A stretch of DNA of 64,000 nucleotides, from contig JANJGN010000002.1 in NCBI GenBank assembly GCA_026770705.1, positions 221,774,001-221,838,000 of the forward strand. The letters run 5' to 3'. Numbering within the stretch: the stretch's first letter is position 1; each line of letters starts with the position of its first letter. The notes under the pieces were generated by a model. It worked only from the letters and a program-made list of their open reading frames with translations. It made no database searches and was not told the DNA's origin. Position numbers and translations under genes: made by a program. Source of the DNA: Isurus oxyrinchus (taxonomy: Eukaryota). This document shows, piece by piece, positions 27,901-40,700 of this stretch.

Positions 27901-28173
27901 ACCGGAAGAGTGTTTACAGTTAAACCATCATAAATTATTTAGTTCCCCCCCCCCCCCCCCCCCACCCCCCCACAACAATACAAAGTTCTCGGAGCTGTGT
28001 GATTTATACAAATGCTGCAAAAATCAGGCTACTTTCCAAGCCACATAAAGCCCAGCTTCGCTGGGTATTTATGTTGAAGTCCCACTGGTAACAGGCCAAA
28101 AACATAGACATTAACTGTCGGGTACCGAAAATGAAGTTAAAAACAATGATAATGATCCTTCGAAAATACTGAC

Positions 28174-29335
28174 CTGTGTGAGTTCTTTTGTGGATCTTGA
28201 GATTTTCTGATCTGGCAAAGACTTTGCCACAGCCAGGGAACGGACAGGGGAATGGTTTCTCGCCAGTGTGGACTCTGATGTGATTTACAAGTTTATATTT
28301 GGCTTTGAAAGGCTTTCCCTCTCTTGGACACTCTTCCCAGAAACAAATATGATTCGACTGTTCTGGTCCCCCAACGTGTTCCACTGTTACGTGAGTAACC
28401 AGTTCGTGCATCGTGCTAAAAGTTTTTGAGCATGGCTTTTTAGTGACAGGGTCCGGTTCAGTCCACTTGCAGATCAGTTCCTGCTTGATGGGTTGTCTCA
28501 TGTAGCGAAAGAAAGCACCTGGACCGTGGTGGCCAGTTAGGTTCATGTTAATATTCATGCCACCGTAGCCATGTAGAGGGGAAGAGGCAAAGGGATCACT
28601 CCTAGAACTTGCCACTTGACTGTAGTGCTCAGACCTGGCGTACATGTCTCCAGGTAGCCCCAGTCTTAACTGTCCGTTCAGATGGTGTCCAGCTGGGGCT
28701 GCATGGGAAGCCTGATCATGCAGTCCAGGGAATAGAGAGTGGCTTCCAGCCTCGGGGTGACCATGGTGTCCGGGGTAGCTACCTGTTGTTGATACAAACA
28801 TTCCGTGGTGAGAACTTGTGCCAGGATATTGATCAGTGAGCCCTGGCATTACTGAGGATGTCAAATCTCTGCGGATGAGGAAGTCTCTACCTGCCGAGAT
28901 AGCCTGGGCAGTATAGTTGGCGTGGGAGTGCGAGACCGAGTAACTGACTGCTGCTGCCGCCTGCGCTGGGCCAAAAGCTGCCGTTGGATTGGAGACAACC
29001 TCAGCGTGGCCTGCCATATGATGGTGATGATGATGGTGGTGATGGTGGTGGGGATGGGTTGGGCTGAGTTTAAGCGCAGCAGCGGCTGCAGGGTGCCCCA
29101 TGTGTTCAGGCCCGAAAGGACTCGGCCCCAGGCGGGGTTCTCCAGTATTCTCCCCAGGGTGCGTGTGTGCCATTGAGTGGGGATGGCCGCTGAGCCCCGG
29201 GAAGCCTGTCATGCTCTGAGGGGGATGGTGATGATGATGGTGGTGAGCTCCTGCCAAATCTACTAATCTCAGCGCTGGGTTTCGTTTGGCGAATGATGGG
29301 TCCATCATCGGACTCCCCAAAGCATCCATGCTCAT
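28174..29335 (-). CDS. zic4: Zic family member 4, coding exon 1 (N-terminus with two poly-His tracts, ZF-NC domain, zinc fingers 1-3)
   Basis: ORF starts [33 protein letters not shown], typical of fish-type Zic4. It contains [19 protein letters not shown] and ZF1-3 and ends at HKRTHTG with the donor CACACAG|GTCAGT (phase 1, the conserved Zic A-intron). Length 1162 nt. Confidence 0.96.
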
Positions 29336-29469
29336 AATGCCTAACAGCAGGAAAATAAAAAAAACTTTTTTTTAAAGTTACCGAACTTTAGAAACTCGCT
29401 CTTTGCCAACGTGGATAGCCATTCGGTGTAGAGAGTGCAGACGGATAGCAGCAGCAGGACGCATTGAGA

Positions 29470-29620
29470 AACTGAATTGAGATTCATGAACAGCTTTGCA
29501 GCCCGTCGAGCTCCGCAAGCAACACCGCATCCCATTGGTCAGTTTCCGATGATTGACAATGCTAGTTACGGACCCCAGTCAGGGCACATGCGTATTGCAC
29601 CAAGCGCTGGGGTTGTGGTG
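29470..29620 (-). promoter_or_regulatory. Zic4 proximal promoter
   Basis: TGACCAATGGG on the minus strand (29531-29541) and a PBX/PKNOX-like TGATTGACA (29550-29558), in CpG-rich sequence about 200 bp upstream of the Zic4 ATG. Confidence 0.6.
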
Positions 29621-29634
29621 GTGGGGTGGTGAGG

Positions 29635-29635
<1 letters not shown>

Positions 29636-29678
<43 letters not shown>

Positions 29679-29691
29679 GGGGGGGGGGGGG
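29636..29691 (+). repeat. Poly-G tract (G42-A-G13)
   Basis: Read directly from the sequence. Confidence 0.9.
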
Positions 29692-32600
29692 CAGGTTGTT
29701 GGTAGAGAGAACAGAGAAAAGTCTTCTTTGGCTGCAGGATGTGTTTTTTTTTGTTGTTCCTTTCTTGCAACACACTAATTTTATTAGCAAAACCCCGTAA
29801 CTGTTTTGTACGTTCGTTTTATTCAGCGATTTTCTGCTGCTGAATGCCACCTCTGCTTAAGTGACAAAAAAAAATGCGGATCTTTAAAAGTTGAGATGCG
29901 CTGGATAATTTTTTAACCGCAAAGAGTGAATAATTAGCGTTTTCCCCCCCACTGTGATAGACACTTGATCATGTAATTCATTTCTGGGAGTGCTGTGGGG
30001 AGGTGGGGGGGGGGGGGGGAACAGAATAAGATCCATCAACCAACGATAAATTGGGGCAGAATTTAACGGTTTGGTGCAGGTTATTCCTTAATTATTAACC
30101 CATGTATATGTATTAAAGTTTCCTTATATTATGAAAGTGAATGGGGTCTGCTGCTTATTAATCGACATCCACTCGCGCTTTTTGAAGGGGTTCATTTGGA
30201 ACAGTCTATCAGCCTAAAGAGAACAGAGTGTGTATCGCGGCAGAGTTTGGTAATTTATGAGGTGCTATGCTAGTGTTTGTTTCACGAACAAATGTACAGT
30301 TAAGCCGCGTTGGAAAGTTTCTCCTGTCATCGAGCCGGTCAAACATCATCATCTACTTAGCGATATCTTGCGCCGCGTCCCGCACACCCCTCTATTCATT
30401 CACCCCAAGCTCCTGCCACTAATGCAAGGATCCTAGTTTTAATGGGCAAGAAGGAAAGTTACAGCGCCGAACTGAAAATGAGGTTATGGCCTGTTATGCT
30501 CAGGCGGGAAATTAGTGATTTTATCTTTCCCGACACTGGCCGACTTCCAGGCGTGTATGTTTTTTCTTGGACAAAATCAGACGGCTGGTTGTTCTTAGCG
30601 GCGCAGACGATCAAAGAGATCCCCAGTCAGGGGTATCTGTTAACTTTTTTTCTTCCCCTCCCCGAGACTGGAGTATGTAACTTTGTTCAGCAAGTACGAA
30701 CTTACTGAGTTCTGCCTGCAGTCGTGGGTTAATCATTCGCTAGGTCAGAATCCGGGGAAGTTTTGGTTCTCGTGGAGGGATGTGGGATGGATGGCGGGGG
30801 TGGGGGGTGGGGGTTGGGGGGGATGGAGGGCGAGATTGGGAGTGGGGGGGGCGGCGGGGGAATACTTTTATTTTCTTAAGCTTGGTAAGTTTTTTTTTCC
30901 GCTTTCAATACTATGTTTCGACAGATTGCCGAGAGATTTGAATTACCGCTTGCATCACATGGATACAATCGGCCTTCGCTGTCTTTCTTTGAAAAAAAAT
31001 TGAAACGTGTTTCTGATTCCAAGACCCCGGTTTGCCAAGGCGAATTTAAACCGTCCGGCGAGAATCTATCAACACTGTAATCTGTGAATAGGAAACTCGT
31101 ATCGCCGGGGGAGGGAAGGAGTAAACTGCAGTGCACTATCGGGAGGCGTAGAAAAAGATAGCGCAATGATAGATTGCCAGTTGATCGCCTCCGTCTACGT
31201 AAACACATGAGTGAGAGGCTTTTTTGACCGAACCGCACTCCATATATCAGCCTCACTTCTTCATATGTTTCCTCTAATACCAGAACGTAATGCTAGCCGC
31301 AATCCCTCCTCCCCCACCAACCTCCCCCCCCCCTCCCACCCCCCACCCCCGTAACATATATGTCTGCAACTGTAACTTGTCTTCAGCACATATCGTCCGT
31401 TTAATTCACCCTGAGTGCTTACGTCTGTCTAACCATCTCGCCAGGCACGTTTAAAAAAAAGTAGTTTAGCTTTTTTTCTGTACAGGGAAGAAGAGGGTGG
31501 CAGAACGGGCCACTAACTCAGATATATACGTTGTAGCCCTTTAGATTGCTCAGCGAGAGTGCATAAGGGAAGCGGAAACCTGGTGCTGCGCTATCCGTGG
31601 ATTTAGGGCCGCCGTCCTAAGCTGATCTGCGACAAGGGCTGAAGCTTGCAGTCTAGCACACAGCAGACCTACAAAACGAGAGAGAGAGAGAGAGGAAAAA
31701 AAGGTAGGTTTTTGAAAAGGAGGTGGGAATAATAGGGTGGACAGAAATTTATGGTGATGGTGGGGAGGGGGTGGGTGGGGAGGGGGGCGGTGGCGGTGGT
31801 GCTGGTGGGAGAGAGAAATAGCAAATTTAAGGCAGGAGAGAAATAAGCAGAAAGACGTAAGCAATTCTATACGTGCGAGGAATATATCCAGAGTCAGGGC
31901 AAACACTCAGAACAGGAAAGAAAAATGGTTTAAAAAAAAGTATGATCAAATGAGAGCACGTGGGGGTGGTGTAGGGGCACGGCGGTGGGAAAAAAAAATC
32001 ACAGTTGTTCAAAACAATTCTCTGCAGTCATACCAAGTATGTTAAATATAATGAAGGGTTCGCTGAATTTGTAAACACCAACCCCCAAAACGTAAATTAG
32101 CTGAAGACACGCCATTCAGATAATGCAAAAATGTAATTAACTCATATTCACCCTTTAGTAGTAATTTCAAGTGTGAGTATTAAAGGCTTTAAGATATGTA
32201 ATGTTGTACAACGAAGGCTAGATTAAAGTTGCATTACTATCTGCATAACTCTGTACATTTTCCACATAATTTGCAATAAGTGTTTAAATTGCTGGCATTT
32301 TTCTTTCTGTTTAAGCCCAAATCATGTATGTCTCAGACCATCACTCGGAATCCCAAACTGAAATAATAACCACTACAATTTAGGCTGCTCCCCCCCCCCC
32401 CCCCCAACCCCCACCTCCGACCCCCCCCCCCCTTACTCCCCCCACCCTCCCCCACCCCCACCTCCACCCAAAGCTTTAACGTGTAATAGAGAAGAATGTA
32501 ATGTAGATCTCTTATTGTTGACACGTTTGTATTTCAGCCTCCAGGGCTTCACACTACAGGCTTAAACTGGGATTCGTACTTGTGCTGCTGCATACCTGGT

Positions 32601-35600
32601 CAAGCCCCCACCTTGATGTCAGTTTATCCGTTGTCTTTCGAGCAATTTCTCAGTCGCAAATGGCGGTCCCTAGAAAAGAACACAGTGCTTATGCACGTTG
32701 TAATATATAAATGTTTTCTAAAACCTAAACATAGTGTAGTGGAAACTCTAAAGTAAAAGTATTGTCAAATATCCGATTTGCACCCTGTAATTGAGCGTAA
32801 TACTATTATACTGTACAATGATACATTTGTTAACATAACGTTACATGAACCTCTGACTTTTCCTATCTTATTTAACAATGTTGAAATGTAATGATTGGAC
32901 AGGAAGGTTATTTCATTATAACAGGCTTTTGAGAAGGATTTTTGTGTGTGCAATATACATTGCGATCACGCTGTTTTTTTTCCCTCTTCATTGTCAATAT
33001 ATTTTAACCAGATAGCGAGTTTTGCACTTTTGGTTAAGTATAGAATGTGTACAGTGCCCGGAAAGAAACATTCAGATGAGATGAAGGTTCTTCAGTTTAC
33101 CTCTTTATTTAACGTAATTGATTCTTCCAGCTTATCGTTTAATTTAGTTGCAAAGATTGTAAACGTTGATAAAGTGTAGAAAAGTTTATTTTTGCGAGAC
33201 ATATGGTTTATGTTGCTCTCCAAACAAAATTCTTCAGAAATTAGCGCGTTACTACTACTTTTGTTATGGACAGGATATTTCACTATGTGATTAAGATGTC
33301 ACAGAATAACACGAGGCAGACATTATACCCTTCTTATGGCGGGCAGTTCACAGCTTCCTGTACCCCATTATAAACAGGAAATTATTGCAAAATTCCAGGT
33401 TTGCAGACTGCAGGATCAGCACTAAAGAAATCCAACAGAGATGCTAAGGAACTTTGATTAAACCCTAGTGTAAAGTGAAGCCCGGCGGGAAAAAAAAAGA
33501 AATGCAACAAATAGGCGTGGTATTTGCTTTTGGTTAAATCAGAATTGAGCAGTGTAAATTCCAAATTAAATTGTTTTCTGGTAAAATTTGCTTTTGGAAA
33601 GTACTGTGAAATAAAGCAGCTTAAGGAAAACCCTCTCTTTTTACTGAAGCTCAGTTCTGGCGTAGTTTTAATGCAATATTTTCATAAGCTCTTTTTAATC
33701 ACAAACTCGATTTGAAAAAAACTGCTAGAAGCCTAGTAATTTAGATTCCCAAGATTCCATGCGTTATATTTGTACCTTTCAACCCACCCACCAAATGTTT
33801 AGCGTAATGAACAAGGAAATACTTCATTTTTACTCCAGATTAATTTGGCTTGGTTGCATTTGTATGGGGTTGTACATGTTTGCAGTTTAAGTCATAATGT
33901 TTAATCTGAGAATCTCGGACTTCTGGTGTGAACAAATACCATGATCCAACTACATTTCTGGGGAACGGTAATCATTTCCCCATTAAATCATTTAAAAAAA
34001 AGCACCTGAACCTGCAAAATAATTCATCTAATTACCAGGAACAACTCCACACAGACAAGCTGTGAGTGGTTTAGATTAGTAAAAACCTAGAATTCGGTAC
34101 ATTTCTGCCTTCATCGATATGCATTTCGTAAATATTTAAAGAATTTTGATTAAGAAAAAACCCTGTAGCACGTTTATGTGCAAAATATGCAAAGAAACAA
34201 CAATAAAACAAGGACATTATCCTAGATTAAGGAACTACAGTACTGAATGCTACACTACGGTTAATAAGCATCATCAGTATGGTGCAAGTTAAAGTATTGA
34301 AGGCAGGGTGACGTTTTGCATTTACGATATTGAGGATTTATTATTTCCTTTAAAAACATACTTGTTCTATATAGAATGCCGCATAGAGACCCCTCCCACC
34401 AATAACTCACGATGTTAATTTTATGTACCCATAACTGTTAGTCTGTTGGTTGGTTAAAGGCATTATTGAATGAATTCTCCAAGCAACACCGATTGATTTC
34501 ATTGTTTTGTTTTGCCTGAGCAATATATCAGTAACGACATTATATTTGCTTTGCACTCATGCAATATTGCAAACACCAACTTTAAAATAAGAGAAATGCT
34601 ATTATGCATTTGTAATAACAATTGAAACAGTGAAAAGCTAGGGAACCTGTATCAAGGCAGTATGGTCGTTATCCACAGCAATAAATGTCTAGACGGAAAG
34701 AAGCATTTCTTTCACTCTGCGCTACATTTCCCCCATCGAAGGAAGTTAGGATGTGATAAAAAGTTATCACCATGGCGGAGAATACTGGGAACCCTGTATA
34801 TATCCATATATACATACATATATATATATTCGCATACGATCACTATTTATACCTTCAATAAAGCCACGACGTAAACTTACTGCACACAGATCCTGAATTG
34901 TATAGAATATTGAGAGATTTCAGACATAATGTCTATTTCAGAAACGCATACACATGACTAGTTCATTTACCTGTTGTGCTGATCGCGAAGATAGCCATCA
35001 TGGTCTAGTTCACCTATAACCAGTGTATGGCTGGAACTCTCAAAAGAGCTAAGGAAAGGAACTAGAAATGAAATAACTTGCACAATTTATTCGATACAAT
35101 ATACGATTAAATCAATGCAGAATGGTTACACTAACAAGCGGCACTATTTAAATTTCGCAGGTTTTATTTGTGTAACTAATGCAAAGCACATATTTGTGAA
35201 TAATATTTTAAATATTTTATAATCACAGACCAATTTTTAAAAACACCCAATTGTGAATCTATAAATTTAAGGATATAAATTTAAACGATATCCATTTTAG
35301 CATTATCAGGAATATTAATGTTATGGTAGCTTTATGTGGGTCCACAAATTGTGCGTTTTTTCCCACTATGTAAATACATAACAATTATGAGGAAAGATCG
35401 TCACTTTCAAAGTTGTGGTCATCCTCCTGCCAGTTTTTTTTCTTCGCAAACAGTTAGTTTTGGCTACAACAAATCGACAAATATATTTCTGGTAACTTCT
35501 ATATCTATACCTTACCTCTCTATCGTTGGCAAACAATTTCTAATTTTGGAAAGTTTTTCTGTTACGGTCCGACTCTATGTGCCTGTGATTAAACATTGAA

Positions 35601-37737
35601 ATGTAGATACCTGTAACTTTGATACTTATACGAGGCCATAAACCCATCAAGGAGATCAAAGTCTCAGTCTTAAATTGATCCAAATACGCGACCAACTTTC
35701 ATTACACTCAAATCGTCCGTAAATGAATTAAAGAATGCAAGTGTCATAGAATAATGTGGCAGTCCAAACACATTGGGTCGAAGGTCGATGGTCGTCAAAT
35801 ATTAATTCTAGTACTGCCACGCAGAGAACATTGAACTACAGCAAACAGCTGCTTGTGGGATGTACTGTCACTAATTTGTACAGTATGTGACCACATAAAA
35901 CACTGTAAGTGACAAGGATAGAGACTGGAGATTGAAAACCACGAGTTAAGAGAGGACCCACTGCCTTTTCAAATGTTTGTATTTGATCCTAATTCCATAG
36001 GTAAGTGTTTATTATATTGATAGTCTCATCAGGCAAGGATTGCTTTTAAACATTTCCGTATTCATGTTTATTCCGAAGATAATATAAATCTATATGCTAA
36101 TAACTTACCAATTGAACAAATTGCAACTTTTGGTTTCTTTGTGTATATTGAGAGTGTAATAATGCCATGGTAAAATCTAAAGCAGACCATTACAGTTGTT
36201 TAGTGAGAGAGTGGTTTTAAACATAGTTGCGGGAATTCCATTGCTATGAACATCTCCTTCAGTTGCATACAGGCCTATATTTCAGTGGGTGTAATTTGTA
36301 TTTTGTATTTAGCTGCAAGTTAAAAATTCGATGATGTTAAACGTCGCACTTGTATTAGAACTGGTGATGTCTGGATTTTATCGTATACATAGTGTGTTAA
36401 ACAATTCTGAAAAGAAAAATCAGGGACTGGCAGTCTCATTTTTAAATAAACTATGTCAATGAAAGAAATTTCAACAAAACTGTGCCGAAGTAACTCTATT
36501 TTGAAACGTGTGTGTGTGTGCATGTGTGTTTGTCACCTGTAGCTGTTCAAACTAATGCTTAGAGCTGTAAAATACCCATTACAGTGTAATCTTTCACCTA
36601 GAGTGTAATTTTGGAAGGGTATGCACTTTATTCCGAGTATCTTCCATTGCATTATATTACACCTACCTCAGACAGGCCAGCCACACAATGGGATGTTTGA
36701 CAACCTACAAAAAAATGCAATCGTAATAACTTTTTTGGTACAATGATGCAGATGAATAAATAGCCGGATAACTGAATTACTAGACAGATAGTTCAAGCGA
36801 GTTCAATAATGCAAAAGTTGAAAGTTGGTGGGCGGGTCCTTTACGGATACATATGTTTTTTTTAAATAACTAATAAGATTAACAAAGTAACACGATTAGC
36901 TTTTGTTTCTGGTTTCAATTTCTCCACATCAAGAACGTAGCATAGCGTAGTAGTGGATACCTGGCTAAATCTAATGGGGTGACATTGTCTTGTTGAAGAA
37001 CTGAAGGGCTGCTTATATATAACATACATACAGCAATACTAACCACAAGGCTTACTGTGTGAACGTATTTTTCCACAATAAATTATTGATCTATAAACTG
37101 CAATAATAGGCATTGCCTCTTACTTTTCAGCCATTTTTTTTACACATTTTTCCCACTTGTCACAACACCATGTTATCTACAGAATATACTTGTGACGTTT
37201 CAGGTCTTGCTTTAGATCTGTGTCCCTAATATTAAACATAAATACAGCTGTTGATAGTTTGACGCTGGGAAGTCCTCACGAACTCGTCCCCCACCCCCAG
37301 AACCCAGAAAATCTGATGAATTTTCACATACAATGTGAAAAAAATTGTGTCCTGGCGGATTTTACGATAGCTTGTTTTTCTGTTTTTTTTTTAAATAGGT
37401 AGAAGGTATAAATTTCAACAAAAGCACACGCATTTCCAATGGCATTGCCTCTCAGGCTTACTGTTCCACAGTTGTCCACATCCGAAAAATGACACATGGA
37501 AAAAAAGTTCGTCCTTCCCAAAAAAGTTGGAAATCTCTGGCTTTGAACCTTTCACGCAATCCTTAGGGCAGCCATAGCCCGGGAATAAATTCAGCAAAAA
37601 GAAGATAAAGGAATTAGTATCAGAATGTTTCATTTCAACCTCGGGACAGCCCTGATACATGGTGTAAAAGACCTGTAAAGTTTGTAACGCGAAATTTACG
37701 TGAGAATATCGTATAGATAATCTCTCTCCTATGCTAA

Positions 37738-37764
37738 ACACACACACACACACACACACACACA
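37738..37764 (+). repeat. (CA)n microsatellite
   Basis: Perfect AC repeat. Confidence 0.9.
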
Positions 37765-40700
37765 TATTGGCACTAATTCCAGAAAATGGAAATAGCTCTG
37801 TATAACAAATCGTTCAAAGTACCAATCACATCTCTAACGGTGATGTGATGCACGGATCTGAAGGCAGGCAGGCGGTTAGTGGGTAAAGGCAAGAGTGACC
37901 TTCAAACTTCCCCCACTCCCCCCGCCCAAAGTTTCTACGACAAACCCCTGGCAGTTGGAATTTTAATTCAAAGCCATGAGCAACTTGAAACAAAATGCTA
38001 GAAGAGTGAGTGCCTGCCTAATCGGAACTATAATAAAATGTTTAAATGCTTGGCTTTGGGCGCTATTTTAACTAACTAACCGAGCGGAGGTGATCTTTGA
38101 GTTTGCCTAGGCATCTCTTGCATACGAGCTAAATTTTGGGCTTGCTTTGATGAAGATTGATTTCAATACACGTGTAAAAATGATACACAATCTCGGCTGC
38201 AAGAATAATAAGAAAGTTAAAATACACACACACACACTCACACACACGAAAGAAAGAAACAAATCACTGAAGCACCCAACACCGGAATCCCGACGTATCT
38301 AACTAGCGAATAGATTTAATAGCAGAAAAATTGCATTCCGTTCCCTGGTCCAAATAAAGAGCACTTATATATTGAGTTATTGTTTTCCAGTTTAGTCAAC
38401 GACTTCTTACTTTCAACGCAGCTAATATTTTCGAAGGTATGCGTTATGTGGCATTGTGTGGCTCTGGCACATGTGGTCGGTCACGGGTCAGGGGTCAAAA
38501 GATATGGTATTTCAAAAGTCGGGGACTTCAGAGCTACTCTTGTGCGCAAAAGCCAACTGACTAACTTGATTGGAATCAGTTTTAATCGTGATAAATACGA
38601 TAGGCGAAACGCTACCTAACGTGCTGGAACGATGTGCAGATAATCCTAACTATACAGTGACATTTAGTGTTCTTACATCTCAAACAATGAGAGAAACCAG
38701 GTTCAAAAAAAAGGAGATATCAATTAAACATGCGGTGGTGGGGTCAGTCATCAGGAACAAATTTGCCAGATATTTTTTGCATTACCATTGAATTGACTTA
38801 ATGGGAATATGTGTTTAAGGGGAGCGTGGACGCAACCAGCAATTCATTACCTCAATATTCGAAAGCGTTTGCTTCTCAAGAGAACGCGGATAAAGGACAC
38901 GCGTTGCTCAGCTCACTTTTTGAAGAGCTTCCACCTACACTCAGACATACATTCGCGCATAAAGAAAAACTAGGTTAGGTGCAAGTGCACATGCAAGTAA
39001 AACTGCACTTTAACGACAGCAACGTATATGTTGGTCGCAAATAAACGATTGAATGATTAACTTCGTTTCAAGATTGAAATCAAATTTAAAATTTAAATTA
39101 GGCTCAATGAAAATAGCCAGAATTTTAAATCAAGTAAAAAACAATTCCTTTTGTAAACTAACACTTCAACCCCGAGGCAAATGTTCCCCCCACCCTCCCT
39201 TCACAGAATAGCTAAATGCTTTTGCTATCCATCGACTGAAAACAATCCGAGGGAAAATATCGGTACACACAAGTGCATTCGAATGGAAATGCATAATTCA
39301 GAGCCATTCGCACCTAGATTTGCTTTTATTACAACATGATGGCCCCTGACAAGGGCTATTCTGAGGAAACAAAAAATCTGACTGATATCTCTATTCTCTT
39401 TTTAGTCAATTGCATTTACATGAAAGATGATGGAAATTCAGAGGTCAGGAGTCGTTTAGTAAAAGTCAGTCGAATACACGTGCCTCACTTACCGTCCTCC
39501 ACCTGTTGAAGAAGATGTGTTCGATCTTTTAATTCAGGTAACTTCGAAGTTAAAAAAAATCTACTTTGTCGCTTTGACTAGGTAGTCATTCTTCATTTCG
39601 CCTTTTCAAGGTTTCTGGAAGCAGTTAGGGAATGTATGATGAAGCAGAAATGAGCCGTCAGGATGATATTTTAATGGCTTATATGTCACGTCGGTGCATG
39701 TGGCTTTGAACTCAAGCAGCCTGCGTTTCCTGCGGAGAGCGCCGCAAATCCCACTTGATAACTTCCACCATCCCACAAGTTTTAAAATCAGCCATTCTTT
39801 ATATATTTGGAGATGTAGCCCAAAGATAATGCTATGGGAAACGTTTACTTTTCAAACTCTTAAAGTGTCCCTTTAGAATGTGCACACTCTTTCAATGAGC
39901 AGTAAATCTTTTTGAATCAAATTACTCCTGCTTCTGCTACTAGACTGCTGTGATTTTAATATCCATGTTTTCAGCATATTGCATCATTTAAAGCAATGCT
40001 ATGATGTTAGCTATTGTACTCACTCAGCAAGGCAATATCGCATTCCATTTAATTCTTAGGGTGCAGATGCACGACTTAAGCAGAAAAACAACATTTCATT
40101 AAGTGCAAAATAAGCGCGGGGTCTACTGCATCGTGAAAGTCAGTTTAACTGTGACAGACACCCTCGCATAAGACAATTCTAAATCATTAAAGCACCTAAA
40201 ATTTACACTTAGAATTCTCTACTAAACAACCATGCCGCCTTCATATTCATCAGCAAACTAAGCACAGCCTCGAATCTTCGTAAACTGGGAACATGCACAC
40301 AAGAGTCACTCATTTTAAATCCTTTGCTACTACAACGCTCCAAACGTGAAGACTGTCCCACAGCTTTCTAACATTTTAATGTTAAACGTGATTCCTTGAA
40401 GAAAAGCGCTGCTGTAAAATATAACTGGAACTTCACTGCCGTGGAAGGTCCGAAGGAAGTCATGTAAACGGCCGGGGTTTTCACTTACGCCAATACTCCC
40501 GCACGAATAATATTTTAACCTGTTTTAAGTTAACCTGTTGTACCTTTGTGTGAAAACCTTTAAAAAGTATTAGTCAAAAAGTGAGCAAGCCCAATTGTTC
40601 GTGTAAGTGTGTTGTTCGATAAGAAAAAGCTGAGCGAGAAGAGAGGGGTCAGGAAACCAGGCAACTATTTCAAACAGTGTCCTTCAAAAGTGATGGTCTT

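Noticed and set aside
28004-28173. C-terminal extension of the 443-aa Zic4 ORF (QYFRRIII...)
   Set aside because: Read-through into intron 1 past the canonical GT donor at the conserved A-intron position.
29566-29850. Poly-proline ORFs
   Set aside because: Translation artefacts of the poly-G tract.
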